A stretch of DNA of 63,107 nt, the filler included. It is 3 parts of 3 records of this genome, joined end to end, with 100 filler letters (N's around TTAATTAATTAA, not from the genome) between each part and the next. Parts side by side here need not be neighbours in the genome. Positions count along the whole stretch, not along the records: positions 31,736 to 57,529 come from SRR20825019_2059; positions 57,630 to 63,107 come from SRR20825019_2155; 1 more part is not named here. One strand, given 5' to 3'. Made by a program: the position numbers and the translations under genes. Of the stretch, positions 49,917-58,640 are shown piece by piece (the stretch's first letter is position 1; every line of letters begins with the position of its first letter). The notes beneath the pieces were generated by a model. It had not been told where the DNA came from, ran no database searches, and saw only the letters and a program-made list of their open reading frames with translations.

Positions 49917-51713
49917 TTAATCGTTCAGTTTTAGAACGGCCATAAAAGCTTGTTGAGGAATTTCTACGTTGCCCACTTGGCGCATACGTTTTTTACCCTT
50001 TTTCTGCTTCTCCAACAATTTACGCTTACGGGAAATATCACCTCCATAACATTTGGCGGTAACATCTTTTCGCAACGCCTTGATAGTTTCTCTGGAAATG
50101 ATCTTGGAACCAATGGCTGCTTGAATGGGGATATCGAACTGTTGCCTGGGGATGAGCTCCTTTAATTTCTCGCACATCTTTTTACCGATGGTATGTGCAT
50201 TGTCAAAATGGACCAATGCGGATAAAGCATCCACGGGTTGGGCGTTCAAAAGGATATCTACCCGAACCAGTTTGGACACTCGCATGCCTATGGGCGAATA
50301 ATCAAAAGAAGCATAACCTTTTGAAACGGTCTTTAAGCGGTCGTAAAAATCAAAAACGATCTCGGCCAAGGGCATGTCAAAAATAAGCTCTACCCTTTCC
50401 GTGGTCAAATAGGTCTGGTTAACGATCTGTCCCCGCTTTTCGATACAGAGGGACATTACGTTCCCAACAAAATCCGACTTCGTGATAATGGTCGCCTTGA
50501 TATACGGTTCTTCAACACGATCAACGGTCGATGGGTCGGGAAGGTCAGACGGGTTGTTTACGATAACTGCTGTTTCCTTGTCCTTTGTGGTATAGGCGTG
50601 GTAGCTCACGTTGGGCACCGTAGTGATTACGGTCATATCGAACTCGCGCTCCAAACGCTCTTGGATGATCTCCATGTGCAACATGCCCAAGAACCCGCAG
50701 CGGAAACCAAAGCCCAATGCGGCACTGCTTTCAGGAGTGAACACAAGGGAAGCATCGTTAAGCTGAAGCTTCTCCATGGAGGAGCGCAGATCTTCAAAAT
50801 CTTCGGTGTCAACTGGGTAGATTCCGGCGAAAACCATGGGCTTCACATCCTCGAAACCACCGATCGGGTTTTTCGTAGGGTTGGCCGAATCGGTAATGGT
50901 ATCACCGACCTTAACCTCACGGGCATCTTTGATACCGGTGATCAAGTATCCCACATCACCGGTTGAGATCTTCTGTTTGGGATGCTGCGTAAGTTTCAAG
51001 GTTCCGATTTCATCGGCCTCATACGATCTACCGGTAGCTACAAATTTTATTTTCTGTCCTTTGGTGATTTCACCGTTGACCACCCTAAAATAGGTCTCAA
51101 CACCCCTAAAAGGATTATATACGGAATCAAAGACCAATGCCTGCAAGGACTCATCACGGTTACCTTTTGGAGGAGGAATGCGATCGATGATCGCGGTCAA
51201 AATCTCTTGTATGCCTATCCCGGTCTTGGCACTGGCCGGAATTACCTCTTCCGGCCTGCAGCCCAAGAGGTCCACGATATCGTCGGTAACCTCTTCCGGG
51301 TTGGCACTGGGGAGATCGACTTTGTTGAGCACGGGAATGATCTCCAAATCGTTTTCCAAAGCCAAATAAAGGTTGGATATGGTCTGCGCCTGGATACTTT
51401 GTGCCGCATCAACCACTAAAAGGGCACCTTCACAGGCAGCAATGGAACGGGAAACTTCATAAGAGAAGTCCACATGACCGGGAGTGTCGATCAAATTGAG
51501 CACATATTTTTCCCCATTGTGCATATAGTCCATTTGAATAGCGTGGCTCTTGATGGTAATTCCCCTTTCACGCTCCAAGTCCATATTATCCAACAATTGG
51601 TCTTGTTTTTCGCGTTCGGTCACCGAGCCTGTAAAATCCAACAAACGGTCTGCCAAGGTACTTTTACCGTGGTCTATGTGCGCAATGATGCAAAAATTCC
51701 TGATCTTCTCCAT
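49917..51713 (-). CDS. lepA: Elongation factor 4
   Basis: [56 protein letters not shown]. Start moved to ATG at 51713. Confidence 0.99.
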   Translation of the reverse strand: MEKIRNFCIIAHIDHGKSTLADRLLDFTGSVTEREKQDQLLDNMDLERERGITIKSHAIQMDYMHNGEKYVLNLIDTPGHVDFSYEVSRSIAACEGALLVVDAAQSIQAQTISNLYLALENDLEIIPVLNKVDLPSANPEEVTDDIVDLLGCRPEEVIPASAKTGIGIQEILTAIIDRIPPPKGNRDESLQALVFDSVYNPFRGVETYFRVVNGEITKGQKIKFVATGRSYEADEIGTLKLTQHPKQKISTGDVGYLITGIKDAREVKVGDTITDSANPTKNPIGGFEDVKPMVFAGIYPVDTEDFEDLRSSMEKLQLNDASLVFTPESSAALGFGFRCGFLGMLHMEIIQERLEREFDMTVITTVPNVSYHAYTTKDKETAVIVNNPSDLPDPSTVDRVEEPYIKATIITKSDFVGNVMSLCIEKRGQIVNQTYLTTERVELIFDMPLAEIVFDFYDRLKTVSKGYASFDYSPIGMRVSKLVRVDILLNAQPVDALSALVHFDNAHTIGKKMCEKLKELIPRQQFDIPIQAAIGSKIISRETIKALRKDVTAKCYGGDISRKRKLLEKQKKGKKRMRQVGNVEIPQQAFMAVLKLND

Positions 51714-51864
51714 ATCAACAATAACATACCCTAAAAAAGGGATATAATCAACTGCAAATATAATTGTTTTAAATACCTGTAAATGGTTTTTTCTCAATAA
51801 GAAAATTCCTTGGTATTTCGCTCAGAAATAATTTCTTAGATTTGATGCTCAACCCTAACCCCTA

Positions 51865-54285
51865 ATGAAGAACCTCACCTCTATTGTTTTATTGGTGTCC
51901 TTTACAATTTGTGGCGCGTACGGCCAAACCTTTACCATTACCGGAAAGGTTGTCGACGAACAAAATCAAGTGGTTCCTTATGCGAACATTCTTTTGCTCG
52001 AAGCTGCTGATTCGACGTTTGTTCAAGGGAGTTCTGCCGATGAGGAAGGGTTTTTTAAACTAACCGGGGTAGAGGCCAATCTCTATTTGTTGCAGGCGAG
52101 CTATGTGGGAAGTGGCTCTGAGCCAAGGGCGCTGGACATTACAAAAGACGTTTCGTTAGGGGCCTTGATCATACCCATGGAAAGCAACGAGTTGGACGAA
52201 GTGGTCGTAACTGCTCAACGCCCAAAGCTTCAAAGATTACCGGACAGACTGGTCTTTACGGTTGAAAATACGGTCGTTTCGCAAGGAACTTCGTGGGATA
52301 TACTTAAAAATACGCCAGGGGTCATCGTCAATCAAGATAATTTAATGATCCGCGGTCAGAATGCCACGGTGTACCTGAACGATAGAAAAGTACAGCTCTC
52401 AGGTCAAGAGGTACAAGATCTGTTACAAGGGCTTTCGGGCACCAACATAAAATCAGTGGAGGTGATTGCCAATCCTCCTGCAAGATATGATGCTGAAGGA
52501 GGCCCTATTTTGAATATCGTTACCAGTAAGAACATTGTGCCCGGTTATAAGGGGAGCGTCAACGGAACCTTTACGCAGGCCGTTTTTCCAAAATACAGTA
52601 TAGGAACAAGCCATTATTACAAAACGGACAAGCTGAACTTGTTTGCCAACTATACCATCAATCCAAAAAAGGAAATCAACAAGACCAAAAAGGGCATCAA
52701 TTTTATTGATGGTTCCGATGAAGTTTTCTCGATTTGGGACACGGATTATAACCAGACAGATAGGTCACAGTCGCAAAATGCCAGCTTTATTTTGGATTAT
52801 GATTTTGATGACCGGAACAGCCTGAATGTCACCTCCAACCTGCTTTTCAATCTAGACCAAGAACAGGAGACCTTGCTCAACAACGAAATGCGGAACGGCC
52901 AGGCACAATTGGATTCAACATTTACCACGGAGAACAATGCCAATATGGACAATACCAACTTGGCATTCGACCTAACCTATGTGCACAAGCTGAAAAAAGA
53001 AGGAGCACAGATCAGGGCCAATGGGCACTATACCTATTTTAAAGGTGAAATGTTCCAGCAACTGAACTCCAATTATTTTGATGCAGAGGGTACTTTTTTG
53101 AGGGATTTTGGGTTTGACACCGATTCGGATCAAGAAATCAAAATTTTTACGGGACAACTGGATTATTTTACCCCTGTGGGAAATGCATCCATCGAATCCG
53201 GGGCCAAGATGTCATCGATTACCTCAGAAAACACGATGAACTTTTTCAACTTTAATGGAAGTAGCAACACTGTCGATGCATCACAATCGGACCGATATAT
53301 TTATGATGAAGACGTTTATGCTGCCTATTTGAGCTTTGTAAAAAACTGGGAGAAATGGTCCATGAAACTGGGTATTCGTGGAGAACTCACCAAGGCCGAA
53401 GGAAACTCCATTACCTTGGGAGAGACCAACACCCAAGATTTTTTCGAACCGTTTCCTTCCGTGTATGTGCTCTATTCACCATCGGATAAGCATAGCTTTT
53501 CTTTTGATTATGGACGAAATATTGACAGGCCCAAGTACAATGACCTGAACCCCTTCCGTTTTTTTTATAATGAAAATGATTTTGAAGAGGGAAATCCCGG
53601 ATTGCGACCAAGCTTCAGCAACAATTTCAACGTCAACTATACGCTCAACAGCGAATACTTCTTTGATGTGTACTATCGGGACAACGGTAGGAACATTGCC
53701 TATTTGGTGTTTCAGGATAATGAGAATCAAACCTTGGTGGAGCTTAAGCAGAACGTATTGGAGAGTAAGTCGTATGGGTTGGACTTTACGGTGAGCAAAT
53801 CCATTTTGCCCCCCTGGTTCCTGTATGCCTATACTTCCCTGTTCCACGAAGAGGAGACCTATTTGGCCGAGGAAAGTGGAAACGTCCCTTTCACCAACGA
53901 AGTAAATGGGGTTTACGCCTATTTTGGCAATTATCTGACGCTCTCCAAGGACGGGACCTTTACGGGCGAAGTGGCGGCGACCTATGTTTCACAATTCCTA
54001 TATGGTTCGTATGTGTCGGACGAGCAGTTCAATTTGACTATTGGCTTGAGGAAAACGCTGTTTGATAATAAGATTACCTTATCGCTTGCCGCCGAGGATA
54101 TTTTGGAGCAATACGTGCCCACGTATCGTTCGCAGTATCTCAACCAGGACAATTTTTACCGAAGACGCCCCGAAACGCAGTTTATCCGCTTTGGCTTTAC
54201 CTATAATTTCGGCAATTTCAGGTTGGACGACAATCAACGCGGAATCGATAAAAACGAGCGCGATCGACTTCAATCGCAGAACTAG
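51865..54285 (+). CDS. Outer-membrane beta-barrel / TonB-dependent receptor family protein
   Basis: Signal peptide, carboxypeptidase-regulatory-like domain, LDEVVV, IEVI.NPPARYDAEG-type plug, RP.Y.DLNPF..GNP.L.P, FTYNFG. Confidence 0.88.
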   Translation: MKNLTSIVLLVSFTICGAYGQTFTITGKVVDEQNQVVPYANILLLEAADSTFVQGSSADEEGFFKLTGVEANLYLLQASYVGSGSEPRALDITKDVSLGALIIPMESNELDEVVVTAQRPKLQRLPDRLVFTVENTVVSQGTSWDILKNTPGVIVNQDNLMIRGQNATVYLNDRKVQLSGQEVQDLLQGLSGTNIKSVEVIANPPARYDAEGGPILNIVTSKNIVPGYKGSVNGTFTQAVFPKYSIGTSHYYKTDKLNLFANYTINPKKEINKTKKGINFIDGSDEVFSIWDTDYNQTDRSQSQNASFILDYDFDDRNSLNVTSNLLFNLDQEQETLLNNEMRNGQAQLDSTFTTENNANMDNTNLAFDLTYVHKLKKEGAQIRANGHYTYFKGEMFQQLNSNYFDAEGTFLRDFGFDTDSDQEIKIFTGQLDYFTPVGNASIESGAKMSSITSENTMNFFNFNGSSNTVDASQSDRYIYDEDVYAAYLSFVKNWEKWSMKLGIRGELTKAEGNSITLGETNTQDFFEPFPSVYVLYSPSDKHSFSFDYGRNIDRPKYNDLNPFRFFYNENDFEEGNPGLRPSFSNNFNVNYTLNSEYFFDVYYRDNGRNIAYLVFQDNENQTLVELKQNVLESKSYGLDFTVSKSILPPWFLYAYTSLFHEEETYLAEESGNVPFTNEVNGVYAYFGNYLTLSKDGTFTGEVAATYVSQFLYGSYVSDEQFNLTIGLRKTLFDNKITLSLAAEDILEQYVPTYRSQYLNQDNFYRRRPETQFIRFGFTYNFGNFRLDDNQRGIDKNERDRLQSQN

Positions 54286-54337
54286 CTTTCTGGTTCTATG
54301 CTATTTTGTACTTTTGCAGTCCAAAAACCTGTAGGAT

Positions 54338-55330
54338 TTGCCAAAAATTGGAAACATAGAACTCCCTGATTTCCCGCTTCTTCTAGCTCCGATGGAAGAT
54401 GTAAGCGACCCTCCTTTTCGTAAACTGTGCAAGGAGCAGGGCGCCGATGTGGTGTATACCGAATTTATTTCTTCCGAAGGGTTGATCAGGGATGCCGCCA
54501 AAAGTGTCATCAAACTGGACATTTATGAAAAAGAACGCCCTGTGGGCATCCAGATTTTTGGTGCCGAACTGGACTCCATGCTTCAGGCGGTGGATATTGT
54601 TGAAAAATCCAACCCGGACATTATCGACATCAATTTTGGCTGTCCCGTAAAAAAGGTGGTCTGCAAAAATGCAGGTGCAGGTATTTTACGCGACATTCCT
54701 TTGATGGTGAAGCTGACCGAAGAAATCGTGAAGCGCACCAAATTACCAGTGACCGTAAAGACCCGTTTGGGCTGGGACAACAACTCCATCAAAATTGTTG
54801 AGGTAGCCGAGCGTCTTCAAGATGTTGGTATCGAGGCCATCTCCATCCATGGTCGTACCCGTGTGCAGATGTACAAGGGCGAGGCCGATTGGAAGCCCAT
54901 TGCCGAGGTGAAGAACAACCAACGCATGCACATTCCTGTATTCGGCAACGGTGATGTGGACACCCCCGAAGCAGCGGTTAAAATGCGCGACGAATACGGG
55001 CTGGACGGAGCCATGATTGGTAGGGCAAGCATTGGTTACCCTTGGTTTTTTAAGGAAGTGAAGCACTACTTTAAAACAGGCGGGCACTTGGCACCTCCTA
55101 CTATGCAAGAACGCGTGGATGCGGCCCGCAGGCACCTACAAATGGCCATTGATTGGAAGGGCGAGAAACTGGGCGTTTTTGAAACCAGAAGACACTATAC
55201 CAACTATTTTAAGGGCATTCCTCACTTTAAGGAGTACCGAATGAAAATGGTGACCAGCGACGATGCTGCGGATGTTTTTGCCGCGTTTGATGAGGTTGAG
55301 GAAAAATTCGGGGATTTTCAGTTCGCTTAA
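54338..55330 (+). CDS. dusB: tRNA-dihydrouridine synthase B (TTG start)
   Basis: LAPMEDVSD, DINFGCP, PVTVKTRLG, HGRT, GNGD, MIGR; -7 box TACTTTTG at 54309. Confidence 0.95.
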   Translation: MPKIGNIELPDFPLLLAPMEDVSDPPFRKLCKEQGADVVYTEFISSEGLIRDAAKSVIKLDIYEKERPVGIQIFGAELDSMLQAVDIVEKSNPDIIDINFGCPVKKVVCKNAGAGILRDIPLMVKLTEEIVKRTKLPVTVKTRLGWDNNSIKIVEVAERLQDVGIEAISIHGRTRVQMYKGEADWKPIAEVKNNQRMHIPVFGNGDVDTPEAAVKMRDEYGLDGAMIGRASIGYPWFFKEVKHYFKTGGHLAPPTMQERVDAARRHLQMAIDWKGEKLGVFETRRHYTNYFKGIPHFKEYRMKMVTSDDAADVFAAFDEVEEKFGDFQFA

Positions 55331-56532
55331 GCTGAAATCAATTTTTCGGTGATACGGCTGCTCGCAATTTTGGAAGAGATAACCCCCAAAACCACAATGG
55401 TTCCGATTACAATCAACAAGTTGATGACATTGAACTCGACGGGATAGGCCAACGAAGGCGTAATCTTCAACCATCCGAAGGCTAATTGCGACCCGATCAA
55501 TAAACTTCCTAGGGCAACGCCTATCAACCCGCCAAAAGAAGTGACCAACAACCCTTGTATAAAATAGATGCGGCGCAGTTCCTTAATGGTCGTGCCCAAA
55601 CTGAACAAGGTTTTGGAATTTTGTTGTTTATCCAAAATCATCATAATAATGGCTCCCACAACATTAAAAAGGGCAATGATGAGCACTAAGGTAAAAATCA
55701 AATAGGTCGCTAAATTTTCGGTGTTCAGCATCCGGTAGAGCGATGTATTTTGCTCCCTGCGCGTTAGAACCGATGCTTTTTCGCCCAAAACGGCATTTAT
55801 GGAATTTCGGACCTCATCCGGAGAGGCATTATCCATCAATTTAAAATTGATACCGGAGACTTCGGTGTTATCTTTCTGCAACAGCTCTTGCACCAAAGGA
55901 AGATGGGCAAACACGTATTTTTTATCCAAAGATTCCTCCACGGCATACACCCCGCTCACCACCAAGGAAAGGTCGTCATAGGGCTTGGAATTGAACCCTT
56001 GTTGGGAAAGGGAACCCTCGCCGGGTTTGGGAACCAAAACTTCCATCGCGGTCCTATTGTTCATGGGAACGCCCAATAGGTTGTAGATACCAATCCCAAT
56101 AACACCATTGTTAACATCCGACCCCCAATTTCCGAATATAAGGGTGCTGTCCACTCCGGTAACGGCGCGATAGTTTTCATCTACACCTTTTATGTAGGCA
56201 ATGGTGCTTTTTTCTTTATAGGTAAGGTAGGCCCGCTCTTCCAGCTCTTTGGAAAAATTGGCCAGACCCTCAATTTCTTCAAGGGCCGATTCGTCCTCAA
56301 CAGAAATGCTAAAATGCTTGCCCGTGGTGGGGGAGGCTTTCAGATCGGGATCAAAGGTATTGGAAAAGGAAAGGCTGAACGTCTTTAGACCGGCAAAAGC
56401 GGAAAGCACGATAAAAAGGGCCGCGGAACCAATCACAATCACCAAAAAAGTAATGAAATTGATGATATTTACCGCATTTTGGCTGCTTTTGGACCGTAGG
56501 TAGCGTTTTGCGATATACAGCGGAAAGTTCAA
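55327..56532 (-). CDS. ABC transporter permease, LolE/FtsX family
   Basis: YIAKRYL.SK, N-terminal TM plus periplasmic domain plus three C-terminal TMs; LIIALFN. Confidence 0.88.
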   Translation of the reverse strand: MNFPLYIAKRYLRSKSSQNAVNIINFITFLVIVIGSAALFIVLSAFAGLKTFSLSFSNTFDPDLKASPTTGKHFSISVEDESALEEIEGLANFSKELEERAYLTYKEKSTIAYIKGVDENYRAVTGVDSTLIFGNWGSDVNNGVIGIGIYNLLGVPMNNRTAMEVLVPKPGEGSLSQQGFNSKPYDDLSLVVSGVYAVEESLDKKYVFAHLPLVQELLQKDNTEVSGINFKLMDNASPDEVRNSINAVLGEKASVLTRREQNTSLYRMLNTENLATYLIFTLVLIIALFNVVGAIIMMILDKQQNSKTLFSLGTTIKELRRIYFIQGLLVTSFGGLIGVALGSLLIGSQLAFGWLKITPSLAYPVEFNVINLLIVIGTIVVLGVISSKIASSRITEKLISA

Positions 56533-56534
56533 AA

Positions 56535-56930
56535 CTAGGATTTCTTACGTTTGTCGAGCAAGTCCCTGTTCTCGATAGGGTTTTCCTCTCTTTTTAATGA
56601 TTTTTCAATCCCTTCGATGTATTCAAGGGAATCGTCCAGATAAAAATTGAGTTCGGGCACACGCCTTAGTTGATGCTTGGTACGTTGGGCCAATTCGTAA
56701 CGGATGGCCACTTGGCTTTCTTTGATGCCCTCCAACAGTTCTTTGGCACCCTTGTTCGGAAAAATGCTCACGTACACTTTGGCCAAGGATAGGTCAACGG
56801 TTACGGAAACCTTGGACACGGAGATCAAGGTTCCCTTGAGGCCACCATCGGTAGCGGCCCGTTGTAAAATATCGGCCAGGTCCTTTTGAATGATTCCTGC
56901 TATCTTTTTCTGTCTTTGTGTTTCCTCCAT
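56535..56930 (-). CDS. rbfA: Ribosome-binding factor A
   Basis: RQKKIA..IQKDLA, V.V..DLS.AKVYVS, LRRVPEL.FYLDDS. Confidence 0.97.
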   Translation of the reverse strand: MEETQRQKKIAGIIQKDLADILQRAATDGGLKGTLISVSKVSVTVDLSLAKVYVSIFPNKGAKELLEGIKESQVAIRYELAQRTKHQLRRVPELNFYLDDSLEYIEGIEKSLKREENPIENRDLLDKRKKS

Positions 56931-57032
56931 ACTGCAAAAATAAGCGAATAAATGACTATCCTCACGCTATTAACCATTTACACTCCGTAATTTTGAAAAA
57001 AGGTGAAGATTTTAACGCTTATTACATCTTGT

Positions 57033-57440
57033 ATGGATAAAATTGAACACATTGGAATTGCGGTTAAAGACTTGGAGGTATCCAATGCTTTGTTTGAAAA
57101 GCTCTTGGGCGTGTCGCATTATAAAATTGAGGAAGTGGCCTCGGAAGGGGTAAGGACCTCGTTTTTTAAATCGGGCCCCAATAAGATTGAATTGCTGGAG
57201 GCGACCAAGCCCGATAGCCCCATCGCCAAATATTTGGAAAAAAAGGGGGAGGGCATCCATCATGTTGCATTTGCGGTGGCGGACATTGTTTCGGAAATCC
57301 AAAGACTGAAGGGCGAAGGCTTTTTGGTTTTGAACGAAACGCCCAAAATAGGAGCGGACAACAAACTGGTGGCATTTTTGCATCCAAAGGGCACGAATGG
57401 CGTGCTGGTGGAGCTTTGCCAAGAAATAAAAGAAAGCTAG
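57033..57440 (+). CDS. mce: Methylmalonyl-CoA epimerase
   Basis: IEHIGIAV, KIELLE, GEGIHHVAF, FLHPK.TNGVLVELC. Start moved to ATG at 57033. Confidence 0.95.
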   Translation: MDKIEHIGIAVKDLEVSNALFEKLLGVSHYKIEEVASEGVRTSFFKSGPNKIELLEATKPDSPIAKYLEKKGEGIHHVAFAVADIVSEIQRLKGEGFLVLNETPKIGADNKLVAFLHPKGTNGVLVELCQEIKES

Positions 57441-57499
57441 GGGCGTTAAAACCTTGCGCTAAAGAAAAATAAACACTAATATTGCATCCGCAAATTGCG

Positions 57500-57529
57500 G
57501 GTCCTATAGCTCAGTTGGTTAGAGCACCT
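57500..57529 (+). tRNA. tRNA 5' fragment truncated at contig end (Ile2/Met-like; anticodon not visible)
   Basis: GGTCCTA-TA-GCTC-AGTTGGTTA-GAGC-A-CCT gives the acceptor 5' strand, a complete D-arm and the start of the anticodon stem. Confidence 0.85.
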
Positions 57530-57629
57530 NNNNNNNNNNNNNNNNNNNNNNNNNNNNNNNNNNNNNNNNNNNNTTAATTAATTAANNNNNNNNNNNNNNN
57601 NNNNNNNNNNNNNNNNNNNNNNNNNNNNN
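57530..57629. other. Artificial contig spacer
   Basis: Same N44-TTAATTAATTAA-N44 linker as at 31636. Confidence 0.99.
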
Positions 57630-58469
57630 TTGATGATGCCCAACGATTCTAGGGTTCACTCCTTTGCCGCGGCATTAATCTACCTCTTCCTACTGCAGGC
57701 CCTATATGGACTATTTATTGACTATAGTATTGTGGTGTTGGGACTACGATGTGTGGCTGTGGCCAACATGATGAGGATGCTACAGGTGGCTGAATTCGCA
57801 AGATCGAAGGGAAAATACGTAAAACGTTTAGAGTTTTGGCGGGGGTGGGGTTTGAAGAACGATGCTGCTGCAGTGGCTGCTCCTGCAACACAACGACAGC
57901 CGTCTGCAGAAACTCTTGCAACTGCCACGACAACCCCACCTCCTGCACCAGGAGCCAATGCGGCCCCTCCCACGGCTGCGGATCGTGGGTTCCGCATGGA
58001 GATCAATTTAAACAATATCAATGGGGGTTGGTTGGTGGGTAGGGGTCCTCGATCGTCGACGGATCCAAAGCCTGGGAGTATCGGGTGGATGGAGGCGAGT
58101 GTAAAGTCCAGCAAGGCACGCGTCACCTCTGTAATGCTGTTCGTACTGCTCCTACACATTTACTTCGTCTACTCGGATAGGGGTGCCTATGGGAGCGTTT
58201 CGTCGGTCGGTGGTACCACTGGTCAGTTCCTCATCAGCATCCCACAACTATTGCTCAATTCTAACAACGCCGCTACGGCTAAGTTTACCTCCTTCACCGC
58301 TCTCATGCAGCCATCTACAGCCTACACTATTGCTGCCCATGATGTGTTCATATTGATGGTGTATTGGGGTTTCCAGCTATCGTTGGAGGCGGGGCAGATG
58401 AGTGATGGGCGGAGTAAGAATGGGGTGCTACACTTCCAAGCAACCCCCCCTGCTAGAGGCGTACTATAG
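57630..58469 (+). CDS. Eukaryotic multi-pass membrane protein (probably 5'-truncated)
   Basis: Open from the contig edge; about four hydrophobic segments separated by an A/T/P-rich low-complexity loop. Confidence 0.6.
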   Translation: MMMPNDSRVHSFAAALIYLFLLQALYGLFIDYSIVVLGLRCVAVANMMRMLQVAEFARSKGKYVKRLEFWRGWGLKNDAAAVAAPATQRQPSAETLATATTTPPPAPGANAAPPTAADRGFRMEINLNNINGGWLVGRGPRSSTDPKPGSIGWMEASVKSSKARVTSVMLFVLLLHIYFVYSDRGAYGSVSSVGGTTGQFLISIPQLLLNSNNAATAKFTSFTALMQPSTAYTIAAHDVFILMVYWGFQLSLEAGQMSDGRSKNGVLHFQATPPARGVL

Positions 58470-58640
58470 AACGAAAGAGTCTCTCACATTCACCCTACTG
58501 TTACATTCTAAATTTGCTTGATCAAATTTCTTTGTTGTTTCTCTTATTTTTGTTCGAGGTTGGTTATGGGTATCTATGCATCCAATTTGTTGTTTTACCT
58601 CCCTGTTTTGATTTTAATAAGGTAGGCCTTTTAAGGCGGG

